In this document: piece after piece, positions 22,664 to 32,242 of the stretch
Position numbering within the stretch: position 1 is the stretch's first letter
Layout: every line of letters starts with the position of its first letter
Assembly (NCBI GenBank): GCA_963785305.1
Contig: CAWAUV010000008.1
Span: forward strand, 1,248,001 to 1,312,000
From: an uncultured Planctomycetaceae bacterium
GTDB lineage: Bacteria > Planctomycetota > Planctomycetia > Pirellulales > PALSA-1355
Direction of reading: 5' to 3'
DNA length: 64,000 nucleotides
The notes under the pieces: generated by a model
Database searches by the model: none
The model's input: only the letters and a program-made list of their open reading frames with translations
What the model was told of the DNA's origin: nothing
Made by a program: the position numbers and the translations under genes

Positions 22664-23536
22664 TTAGAACACGGGGTCTTGCCGCTCGCGGCGATAAGCC
22701 ACTCGGCGCCAGGCGAATCGCGCCGGCGCGAAGAGCACATAGAGCGAACCAATGATCGGCGCCGCATAGCCGCGAATCGAAAAAATCACGACCAGCGCGA
22801 ACACCAGCCCGACGAGGTGCCCGAAGCTGCGCTGTCCGCGAAACATTTGATTCACCAAATGCGGATAGGGAATGCGCGACACCATGAGGGCCGCCACCAT
22901 CAGGGCGAAGTAGGGCAAGATCCATTGGATATAGCGGTCGATTTCGGCGGCGTATTCGAGTTGATGTCCATCGCGGCGAAGCTCGTAAAACAGAATCGCG
23001 AAACCGGCGATCGAGGCCGCCGCGGCCGGCGAGGGCAAGCCGCTGAAATTCAAATGATCGTCTTCCTCGCCGGTCTCGACATTGAACCGCGCCAGCCGCA
23101 GCGCCGCGCAGGCCGCGAACGCCGCCGCGAACATCCACACCATGTCGCGATGCGAATACGTGAACTGGGGGCACATCTTGACCAGCAGGAAACCAGGCGC
23201 GACCCCAAACGTCACCACGTCGCACAAGCTATCGAGCTGCGCCCCGAAGTCGGTCGTCTGCTTGGCGAGCCGGGCCACGTGGCCATCGAGCGCGTCGAAG
23301 ATCATCGCCAAAAAAATCAGCCAGCCGCTGAGCATGCAATTGTGCGTGTCGTCGGTCGGGTCAAGCTGACGCATCACGCCAGCCGGATTGCGAAAGGCGA
23401 TATCGCCGGCGCGGGGAATCTCGGGCGAAGTCGGCGCATCGACTCGCGCCGCCACGACAATGGCAAAAAAGCCGCACACCAGATTGCCCAACGTGAACAT
23501 CGTGGGAAAGATCGCGACCGTGCGGATGCGTCTCAT
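22664..23536 (-). CDS. pssA: CDP-diacylglycerol--serine O-phosphatidyltransferase
   Basis: DALDGHVAR...FGAQLDSLCDVVTFGVAP and LRLARFN; adjacent to psd. Confidence 0.9.
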   Translation of the reverse strand: MRRIRTVAIFPTMFTLGNLVCGFFAIVVAARVDAPTSPEIPRAGDIAFRNPAGVMRQLDPTDDTHNCMLSGWLIFLAMIFDALDGHVARLAKQTTDFGAQLDSLCDVVTFGVAPGFLLVKMCPQFTYSHRDMVWMFAAAFAACAALRLARFNVETGEEDDHLNFSGLPSPAAAASIAGFAILFYELRRDGHQLEYAAEIDRYIQWILPYFALMVAALMVSRIPYPHLVNQMFRGQRSFGHLVGLVFALVVIFSIRGYAAPIIGSLYVLFAPARFAWRRVAYRRERQDPVF

Positions 23537-24549
23537 GGCCCCCCCTGGGCGGACGGAACGCCATGAGCATCATCGCATTCGCGACCCGACGCCTCATCAC
23601 GATAGCGAGCAAACGCCGTCTGGCCGCCTTGCACTTTTTGGCCCGTCCGCACAAGCACTTCCAGATCGTCGGTCGTGGGCAAAATCAACTCGGTGCGCGA
23701 GCCGAGCTTAATCATGCCAAACGGCGCCCCGCGCTCGATGACTTCACCCGGCCGCAACTGACACACAATCCGTCGGGCAATCAGACCCGCGATCTGGCGA
23801 ACGATCATCCGCCGCCGGGCGCCACCCTCTTGCTCCAGGCCGATCCACAGGTTTTCGTTGCGAATCGCGCTTTCGGGATTCATCGCATTCAAAAAATCGC
23901 CAGGCGAATAATGCAGCTTGAGCACGCGGGCTCGCGCGGGCGCCCGGTTCAAATGTACATTGAAGATCGAGAGGAAGATGCCGATTCGCGTGGCCGGTCC
24001 GCCTATGAACGGGTCGTGGTCGAGTCGCGTGATCTCGGCGATTGTTCCATCGGCCGGCGCCACCACGAGCCCCGGCCCCGTTGGAATTTCACGCCGCGGA
24101 TGCCGGAAGAACGAGAGCACGAAAAGGAACAGCACCCCGGGCACAATCCCCAGCGGCCACCAATACCAACCAAGTCCCGCGGCCGCGGCCAAGAGCGGCC
24201 AACCCATGATCTGCAACTCGGCCAATCCCCAACGGGCAAACGGCAGCCGGTCGCGCCAGCGAAACGGATCATCTTCCGGGCGCCAATCGCACTCGACCAG
24301 ATTGCGGCAATACTTCAAATCGCGCGGATCGAGAATCTCGTGCGGGGCGCCGGTCGTGTCGCCCTGGCGAAGTTCGGCCATGCGGCGCACATACGCGGGG
24401 CGAAAGCGGCGCAAGAACCAGCGGCGCCCGCGGCCCCAGGCCAGTTCGACGGAATAACAAAACCCGCCGCCCGGCTGCACGCCGCGGATATTGTCGGGCA
24501 GCGGCTCGATGCCATGGGGGGGGTCGACGACATGCTCGACATTGGTCAT
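23533..24549 (-). CDS. psd: Phosphatidylserine decarboxylase proenzyme
   Basis: FFRHP, APADG, IFLSIFNVH and the self-cleavage motif KLGSRTE. Confidence 0.92.
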   Translation of the reverse strand: MTNVEHVVDPPHGIEPLPDNIRGVQPGGGFCYSVELAWGRGRRWFLRRFRPAYVRRMAELRQGDTTGAPHEILDPRDLKYCRNLVECDWRPEDDPFRWRDRLPFARWGLAELQIMGWPLLAAAAGLGWYWWPLGIVPGVLFLFVLSFFRHPRREIPTGPGLVVAPADGTIAEITRLDHDPFIGGPATRIGIFLSIFNVHLNRAPARARVLKLHYSPGDFLNAMNPESAIRNENLWIGLEQEGGARRRMIVRQIAGLIARRIVCQLRPGEVIERGAPFGMIKLGSRTELILPTTDDLEVLVRTGQKVQGGQTAFARYRDEASGRECDDAHGVPSAQGGP

Positions 24550-24754
24550 GAAAATCCTGAAGATCGAAGGATCGGCAAACGGCCGCTGAAAATCGCGGGC
24601 TCTGGGGGGCGGTTCATCGGCCTTTCATCGTAATGGGCCCAGAGCCAATTTAGAAGCCGCCGAAGGCCGATTCGCGCTGCCGCGAGGCGGGCTGGCGGGC
24701 GATGGGCCTCTTCGCGAGCCGCGCGGGGCCCGCGGGCTCTCCCCTCCGCCGGCT

Positions 24755-25870
24755 TCAGTGATGAATGCGCCGCACGGCGCCACCGCCGGCGCGGCGAGCC
24801 AAGCGGCGCATTTCCAACACCGTGAGCGTCGAGAGCACTTGCGAGACCTGCAGGCCGGTGGCGGCCACGAGCGAGTCGACCGTCGCGGCGTCGCCATCGG
24901 CGTCGATGGCCGCGAGCACCCGCTGTTCGCATTCGTTGAGCAGCAACTCGGCGGGATGATGCACGCCGCGGCCCGAGGCGTCGGCGGCCGGCGTCGCGAG
25001 CGGGCCAAGCTCTTCCAGCACATCGTCGGCGGTTTCGACCAGTTTGGCCCCATCGCGGATCAGGCGATGACAGCCATGCGACATGCGGCTATCGATCCGG
25101 CCGGGCACGGCAAATACTTCGCGATTCTGTTCGAGCGCCAGGCGCGCCGAAATGAGCGCGCCCGAGCCCAGACCCGCCTCGACCACGATCGTGCCGAGCG
25201 AGAGACCGCTGATGATGCGGTTGCGCTGCGGAAACGCGCCGGGCAATGGCGGGCTATGGGGTGGCGATTCGCTGATGAGCGCTCCCTGCCGCGAGACTTC
25301 GGCCGCGAGGTCGCGATGCTCGGGCGGATAGATCGAAAGCACGCCGCTGCCCAGCACCGCGAGCGTGCGTCCGCCGGCGGCGAGCGCGCCGCGATGGGCC
25401 GCGGCGTCGATGCCGCGCGCCAGACCGCTGACGATCGTGAAGCCCGCTCGCGCCAAGCTCCCGGCCAGGCGCTCCGCTTGCGCGAGTCCATAGCTTGTGG
25501 CATGGCGCGAACCGACGATGGCCATGGCGAGCGCGTCTTGCGGTTTCAATTCGCCGCGCACGAACAACACGCCCGGCGGATCGTGAATCTGGCGCAACAG
25601 CCGCGGGTAGGCGTCGTCGTCGGGCGTGAACAGCGTCACTTCATGCGCGCGGCAATCGGCAAGCAAGCCTTCGATATCGATCTCATCTCGGGCACGCGCC
25701 AATTGTCGGGCCAACTTGGGCCCTATTCCCGGCGCTTTGCGCAGGTCGCTAGGATCGGCGGCAAACACGCCGGTGGCCGTGCCGAAGCGTTCGAGCAGCA
25801 CTTGCCGCAGCCGAGGGCCGATGCCCGAAACCAGCGCTAGGCGAATTTGCTCTATCGATTCTGGGTGCAT
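24755..25870 (-). CDS. dprA: DNA-processing protein DprA
   Basis: AIVGSR, VSGLARGIDAAAHRGAL, FPQRNRIISGLS, SGALISA, VFAVPG, C-terminal winged helix. Confidence 0.95.
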   Translation of the reverse strand: MHPESIEQIRLALVSGIGPRLRQVLLERFGTATGVFAADPSDLRKAPGIGPKLARQLARARDEIDIEGLLADCRAHEVTLFTPDDDAYPRLLRQIHDPPGVLFVRGELKPQDALAMAIVGSRHATSYGLAQAERLAGSLARAGFTIVSGLARGIDAAAHRGALAAGGRTLAVLGSGVLSIYPPEHRDLAAEVSRQGALISESPPHSPPLPGAFPQRNRIISGLSLGTIVVEAGLGSGALISARLALEQNREVFAVPGRIDSRMSHGCHRLIRDGAKLVETADDVLEELGPLATPAADASGRGVHHPAELLLNECEQRVLAAIDADGDAATVDSLVAATGLQVSQVLSTLTVLEMRRLARRAGGGAVRRIHH

Positions 25871-26610
25871 GATCGCGGCGACTTTTTCGGCGGCGATAAC
25901 GTTGAAGCGGCGTCTACAAGCAGAGAAATGTTTACTTTGGTTCCTCAAGAGGGCCGTGCGGTGGAAATATCATAGTGGGAAAATGAATGGCAAGCGATGC
26001 AATTGTCGATTCAGCGCCCATGAGCCAAGAGTTGCCTGGGGCAACGAGCATCGTGGAGGTCGCGCACATTGGCGAGTCATGGGAAGCCCGCACAATGCGG
26101 CTAGCCGCGAAAGTAAGGCGGTTGCCTTTTTGGCTGTGGCAAACCACGTTTGTCGCGGGGCAAAACCATCGATTCTTGGGCCTATTTGTGATGAAATCGA
26201 AGAATTCGGCAAAGGATTGCAATTATGGGAAAATTCCTACCTGTGTCCGTTTGACAAACCGCGTGCAAAAAATGTAGAACCCCTCTGGAGCGCTTTTCCG
26301 AAAACTAATTGAAGGGAGGGGCGATGACCACTCGGTCGTCTTCTACCGCCCCACGACAAGGTCTCGGTAATCCTGCCGCCCACCATCAAGACGATGGATT
26401 AAGCGGCGGCTGGCGTTGCAATGGCATGCCGAACAATCGGCGGCCGGCCGCATTCGCCGGAATTCGGAAAGAGCGTCACGAGCGGCGCATGTCCCGGCTT
26501 TGAGAAATTGCGAGCCGCGCGATGCCTCTAGAGACCGTGGATCGCGCGTCGGCGCCCGTGATTTGTCGTCCCTTGCATGGCGTGGCTGGATTCGAGAGGA
26601 ACCCGTTTTC

Positions 26611-27828
26611 ATGGCGTCCAGTGACCGAGGCCCATTGCCGGAAGATCACGCGGCGGGTGAATCGCCCCGCGCGGAGAATCCGCCCGCGGCCGAAGGCCCA
26701 GCCGAGCGAGAGTCCGCAGTCCGATCCCCCCTCGCTCCACGGATCTCCGAGCAACATTTCGCGCTCGCTTTCCGCTGCAGTCCGACGCCGCTGGTCATTA
26801 GCCGCGTCGCCGACGGACTCATCTACGAGGTCAACGAACGCTGGGAGAGTTTCACCGGATTCTCGCGGGCTGAATCCATCGGCCACACGACCGTCGAATT
26901 AAAGGTATACGCAGAAAGCGACGGACGCGATCGACTGGTTGAAGGCTTGCGGCGCGACGGCCGGGTGCGCGATCTCGAACTGATGCTCCGCACCGCGACC
27001 CATGAAACACATACCATTTTGCTCACCGCCGAGCCGATCGATCTCAACGGAGAAGCCTGCTTGCTCGCCTCGCTCCAAGATGTCACCGAGCAACGCGCTG
27101 CCGAAGCCCGTTCGCTCGAACACCTCGCCACGCTGGCCCACATGGAGCGCCTGGTCACCGTGGGCGAGTTGGCCGCGGGTCTCGCGCATGAGCTGAACCA
27201 GCCTCTGAGCTCGATTCGCATTCAGACCGATCTGGCCATCGCCGCGCTGCCCGCGCGGGCCGACACCGAATCGTCGCGCAAGGCGATGCTGTTGGTGATC
27301 GAACAAGCGCAGCGCGCGACTTCGATCATTCAAATGCTGCGCTCGTTGGTGCGCAAGGGCGAGCTGCGCCGGTCGACCGTCGATCTCAACGCCATGGTCG
27401 TGAGCACGTTGTCGCTCATCGAATCGGCCGCCCGGCAGCAGGGAGTCAGTCTCTCCCGGCGGCTATGCGGGGAGACGCCGCTCGTGCTCGGCGATCGTAT
27501 TCAGCTTTCGCAAGCGCTGCTCAATTTGCTCCACAACGCGCTGCAAGCGGTCGAAGGCCAGCCGCCCGCGCGACGCTGGGTGGAAGTAAGCACCGCGGCC
27601 GAGGATCAATACGTGCTCCTGACGGTGCATGATCGCGGCGTGGGCTTTCAGTCCGATGCGGCGGCCCGGCTGTTCGACGCATTTTTCACTACCCGGGGCG
27701 ACGGGCTGGGGCTCGGCCTCGCCATTAGCAAATCGATCATCGAAGCGCACCACGGCCAAATACGTGGAACCACGAACGACGAGGGAGGGGCCACGTTTGT
27801 CGTGGCCCTGCCGCGCATCGATCATTAA
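26611..27828 (+). CDS. PAS-domain sensor histidine kinase (FixL/NtrB-like)
   Basis: PAS domain; H-box LAHELNQPL; N-box NLLHNA; DRGVG, FFTT and GLGLGL boxes. Confidence 0.92.
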   Translation: MASSDRGPLPEDHAAGESPRAENPPAAEGPAERESAVRSPLAPRISEQHFALAFRCSPTPLVISRVADGLIYEVNERWESFTGFSRAESIGHTTVELKVYAESDGRDRLVEGLRRDGRVRDLELMLRTATHETHTILLTAEPIDLNGEACLLASLQDVTEQRAAEARSLEHLATLAHMERLVTVGELAAGLAHELNQPLSSIRIQTDLAIAALPARADTESSRKAMLLVIEQAQRATSIIQMLRSLVRKGELRRSTVDLNAMVVSTLSLIESAARQQGVSLSRRLCGETPLVLGDRIQLSQALLNLLHNALQAVEGQPPARRWVEVSTAAEDQYVLLTVHDRGVGFQSDAAARLFDAFFTTRGDGLGLGLAISKSIIEAHHGQIRGTTNDEGGATFVVALPRIDH

Positions 27829-27879
27829 TCGGCCTCGATCACAACTTATGATTTCGACACCATGTAGGAGACCCCGCGA

Positions 27880-28580
27880 ATGACGGACACACCCACGATC
27901 TTCGTGGTCGACGATGATCCCGCGATGCGAACTGCCCTGCAAGCGGCCGGTCAACATATGCATATCGCCGTGGAAACCTATCCCACGGCCATGACCTTTC
28001 TCGAGCAATTCGATATCGATCGGCCGGGCTGCGTGGTGCTCGATTTGAAAATGCCGGATCTCGACGGCCTGGAAGTCCAGCGCATTCTCCACGAGCGCGG
28101 AAGCTGCCTGCCGGTAATCATGATCAGCGGCCATGCCGACGTGCCCACCGTGGTCAATGCGATGCGGCAAGGCGCGCTCACGTTTCTTGAAAAGCCGTTT
28201 GGCCTGAATGAAATCAGCGCGCAAATCGGAGCGGCGCTCGAAATGGCGGCGCGGTGGCGCGAACGTTGGCTCCGCCGCCGCGATGCCCGCGAGCGACTCG
28301 CGCGACTTACCCCGCCCCAACGCGCCGTGTTCGACTTGCTCGCCTCGGGCCTGTCGAACAAACAGATCGCCGCCCAACTCAAGCTCAGCTTCGCGCGATC
28401 GAAGATCGTAAGGCGCGATTGATTCACGCGCTGCAGTTGAATTCGCTGGTGGAGCTGTTCGGGCTCGCCGCCGCCAGCGACGACGATCCGCTCCCTCCGC
28501 GCCATGATATTGCGCCCAAGCGGTTCACCTTGCGACCGCCCGCCGGCGCCGAAGGTGATCGCGGCGGGCAGGTCTGTTGA
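27880..28580 (+). CDS. FixJ/LuxR-family response regulator (frameshift near 28390)
   Basis: VVDDD, LDLKMPDLDG, SGH, FLEKP; HTH GLSNKQIA continues as RAIEDRKARL in the shifted frame. Confidence 0.88.
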
Positions 28581-28620
28581 GCGCCGCGCGGCGCCGTCGC
28601 CAGGTCTCGACGGGTGGTAT

Positions 28621-28950
28621 TCAGTTCGGCGGCGATTTGCGCGAATCCGGCGGCAAGTCGAGCCGGCAGCATCCCAAATCGAGCGGCAGGCTCGCGTCGG
28701 CGCCCGGCGACACGCTCGCATGGAGGCGGTACACGACGAACCGCCCGTCTTTGCGAGCCTCGACCAGTTTCGCCGCCCGCAGCACCTGCAAATGATGCGA
28801 AACGTTGCTCATTTCGATGCCGAGCGCGTCGACGAGCTGGGTCACGTTTTTTTCGCCCCTCCGCAGCGCTTGCACAATTGCCAGCCGATCGGGGTCGCCG
28901 AGCGCGCGGAGCTTTTCGGCACAGAGATCGAACGGAAACTCGTGGCCCAC
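28621..28950 (-). CDS. ArsR/SmtB-family transcriptional regulator
   Basis: LRALGDPDRLAIV...NVSHHLQVLR...RKDGRFVVYRL. Confidence 0.88.
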   Translation of the reverse strand: MGHEFPFDLCAEKLRALGDPDRLAIVQALRRGEKNVTQLVDALGIEMSNVSHHLQVLRAAKLVEARKDGRFVVYRLHASVSPGADASLPLDLGCCRLDLPPDSRKSPPN

Positions 28951-29130
28951 GATGATCCTCGCTGGCAATGCCCCAGGCGCCTGTCAGCCGCGACGCCAAA
29001 GACGCGAATCCGCTCCGTCGCGCGACCTACGATGCAGTTTATCAGATTGGCGACCGCAATGCAGGCGCCGTATGAGCGATCACCGAGGGCGGCCGGGCTC
29101 TTCAGGGGGCCACTGGGCCGGGCTCCGGCA

Positions 29131-30454
29131 TCATGCCGCTTGGCTCGCGACCACATAGCGAAATTTGCCGCGCCAGCCGCTCCGGGTGAGCGCGGAGAAA
29201 TCGACGAATTCGACATCGACCGCCGTGTTCCACCACTGGCGAATCCGATGCGCCACCGCGTCGTGGCGCGCTGAATCGCGCATCACCAATCGCAACAGCA
29301 GCGGCCGATCGCCGCGCTGCTCGATCTGAAATTCATCGATGCCGCCGATCCGGTCCAGCAGGTCCTGCAGATAATGGGTCGGGTAGATTCGCGCGCCGAT
29401 CCGCACCAGATCATGCACGCGGCCCTCGACGCCACCCAAGAAGAACCCGTCGTCATTCGCGATCAGATTCGCCAAGTCGCCGGTGCGATAGCGCACCAGC
29501 GGCATCGCGTCGTTGAGCAATCCGGTCAGCACCAGTTCGGTCGAGCCGCTCTCGTGGTCGAGCGATTCGGGCCACGCGACGCCATCGAAAAGCTGCAAGC
29601 GTTCGTCGGGCTCGCTGAAGCGTTCGTAGGCCACGACTCCGAATTCCGCGTTGCCGAAACGATTGATCACCCGGCAGCCGAAGACCGTGCTGATCGTATC
29701 GCGTTTCTTGGCGTCGAGCGCTTCGCCGGTGGATTCGAAGACTTGAAAGGCGCCCTGGGCCGATGTTCCCGCGGCGCGCAGATGCACCGCCAAGGCGTAA
29801 AGCGTGGAGGGATGTGCCTGCACCAAATAGGGACGCGCGCGGCGTATCTCGCGCCGAACAGCGCTCGAGCGATTCGGGCTCGAAATCGGCTGAAAACAGG
29901 TTGGCCCGATTGAGCGCCAGGTTCTTGACGCGTTCCTTGAGCCGGTCGCGCCAGGGAAACTGTTCGGGAAAGCGGCTGGCGAAATGGAGTTCGGGCGAAG
30001 TCCGCCGCTTGCCGGCCCATTCCTGCGCCACGGCGTTGACCGCCGCGGTCCAGTCGAGCGCTTCGGCCGAATAGTAGATCGTGGCGCCCGGCCCGGTCGA
30101 GCCGCCGGTTTTGCGAGTGTGCAGCGAACTGGCCGGGAAGCGCTCGGAGCAGAGCCTGAGTTCTTCCTCGCGGATGATTTCCTTGGTCAGATACGGCAGC
30201 GCCTCGAGTTCGGCAAGATCATGGCGCACACGCTCGGGATCGAAGGCCAACCGCGCGAAGAGATCGCGATAGTAGGGCACATCGCGTCCGGCGGCCGAGA
30301 GCACGTCGGCCAATCGCTCTTGCCGTCGTCGCCGGCGCTGGGCGAAGGGCGCGGCCATGTCGGCGCGCAGCGACGCGGCTTTCGCGCGAATGTCGCGGCC
30401 CAGGTAACGTTCGGCCAGCGGATACAACACCAGGGCAGGCAATTGGCGGAGCAT
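29131..30454 (-). CDS. Phenylacetate-CoA ligase / CapK-like adenylate-forming protein (frameshift near 29850)
   Basis: VPYYR, LPYLTK, TGGSTG, STGE, AMPLVRYRTGD, GRVHD, GKFRYV. Confidence 0.85.
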
Positions 30455-30493
30455 GAGAATCGACTCGCATTGGGGGCAGCGCGGAAACGAAAC

Positions 30494-32242
30494 TCAAGCA
30501 GCCTTCGTGCCCACCGACTTGGTCTTGGCGGCGCGGTCGTGGAAGAAAATCTCCTCGATCGTCGACCAGATGGTTCCGCCATCGATGTTGGTCACGATCT
30601 CGGCGAGCCGCCGCCGCTGTTCGGCGAGAATCTTGGCTTTCTTCCAGTCGGCGTGAAGCACGTCGTGGATGTCGGCGGCGATCGCCGAGAAATTCTTGGC
30701 GTGAAACAGCCGGCCGGCGCGGCCGAGTGTTTCGGCCACGGCCTCCGAGGCGTAGGCGAACACCGGCGTGTCGAAGACCATCGACTCGACCAGCGGCACG
30801 CAGAACCCCTCGTGCTCGCTCATCGTGACGAAGACCGAGGCGGCGGGGTAAAGCGTTTTGAGTTGCCCGTCGCTGACCGACTCCTTGAAATGGATGAAAG
30901 GCTGGAGCTCTCGGAATTCGTTTTGCATCAAATAGCGCAGGTAGCCGCTGTAGCCGTCGAAACTGGCGCCGCCGGCGATCAAGAGCGCCGAGTCGGAATC
31001 CAACTTGCGATAGGCCCGATACAAGGCGAGCAGGTCCTCGATCCGTTTGTGCGGAGCCACGCGGCCCACATAGAGCAGGAGTGTTTTTTCCGGGGGCAGC
31101 GCGATCGGTTCGGCGGCGATTTCCAGCCAGCGGTCGGCGTTCATGAACGGCGGGCAGACATGCACATCGAGCTTCGACTCTTTTTGCTGCTCGATGATGC
31201 GGGCCGCTTGTTCGAGCAGCCGCGAGGCTTCCTCGAATGGGCCCCGGGCATGGGCGGCTTCTTGGACGGTCTTGCCATCGTGCGAAGGCCGCTTGTGCGT
31301 GGCCAGGTTTTGCAGCACGCGACCGCTGCTGGCGGAATTGGCGATCAAACCATCGAAGTCGCGGAGCAGTTCCAATTGATCGACCGCTTCCATGCAGTGG
31401 GCCGCATGTTCGGCGTCGTAGATTTGAAAGAATCGCGGCGGCGTGATGTTGTGGAAATAGAGAATCTTCTTGCAAGGCAGCATGCTGATCTGCCGCATGT
31501 ACGGATCGTGAATCGAAAAATTGAAGAATACCAGATCGGTCGGCTCGGCCACGGCGAGCAAGTCCGACACATGGCGCACCGTGGGCCGCAAGGCCGGATC
31601 GAAGTTGCCGGCATAGAGCTGGCAGGGAATTCCATTGCCCCGCAGGAGCCGATAGACGCTGAAGGCGAAATTTCCCACCGCGTCGTTTTCGAACACGTTG
31701 GCGGCCACCACATGCACTCGGCAATCGGTCGGCCACACATACCACGGAATGCTCGTCGGCTCGCCGCGCGGACTTTCGACCGCCTCGCGGCGCTGGAGCG
31801 AGCTCGCCAGGGCATCGGTCGAGTTGTAGATAAATAGCTTATCGTCGAATTCGATCCCTTCGCTCAGCGTTTGCCGAAGCACGACGTGCAGCGAAAGCAC
31901 GTCGGTCTCGATACCGGTGAATTGCCGGTTGACCCATTGCTCCTCGGCCGGTTGGTTGTCGAACAGCACGCGCAGCCTCGTGGCGTCCTTCTCCAGCCGC
32001 ACGATCACGTCGCCCTTCTTTTCCCTGAGCGGGCATTTCCACCAGCCAACATGGCCGCCCGGATGCACCGGGTTGTTCGCGGCGTAGATATCGACCACGA
32101 GGAACAGGTCCTTGTCCCACACGCTCGCCGAAAACGACAAGCGAAGATCGCTCGACGCGGCCTCGGTCAGGTCGATCCATTGCTGGCCGAGCGTGGCATG
32201 GGGAACATCGGCTTCGGTTTCGGGAGCAAGCGTCATTGCCAT
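30494..32242 (-). CDS. Glycosyltransferase family 4 with extra N-terminal domain
   Basis: DAVGN, YFHNITPPRFF, VGRVAPHKRIE, SEHEGFCVPLVESM. Confidence 0.88.
   Translation of the reverse strand: MAMTLAPETEADVPHATLGQQWIDLTEAASSDLRLSFSASVWDKDLFLVVDIYAANNPVHPGGHVGWWKCPLREKKGDVIVRLEKDATRLRVLFDNQPAEEQWVNRQFTGIETDVLSLHVVLRQTLSEGIEFDDKLFIYNSTDALASSLQRREAVESPRGEPTSIPWYVWPTDCRVHVVAANVFENDAVGNFAFSVYRLLRGNGIPCQLYAGNFDPALRPTVRHVSDLLAVAEPTDLVFFNFSIHDPYMRQISMLPCKKILYFHNITPPRFFQIYDAEHAAHCMEAVDQLELLRDFDGLIANSASSGRVLQNLATHKRPSHDGKTVQEAAHARGPFEEASRLLEQAARIIEQQKESKLDVHVCPPFMNADRWLEIAAEPIALPPEKTLLLYVGRVAPHKRIEDLLALYRAYRKLDSDSALLIAGGASFDGYSGYLRYLMQNEFRELQPFIHFKESVSDGQLKTLYPAASVFVTMSEHEGFCVPLVESMVFDTPVFAYASEAVAETLGRAGRLFHAKNFSAIAADIHDVLHADWKKAKILAEQRRRLAEIVTNIDGGTIWSTIEEIFFHDRAAKTKSVGTKAA

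Noticed and set aside
26095..26175. Possible c-di-GMP-I riboswitch (GGCAAACC...GCAAAACC)
   Set aside because: No GNRA tetraloop stem or GACGC element in the expected place; needs an Rfam scan.
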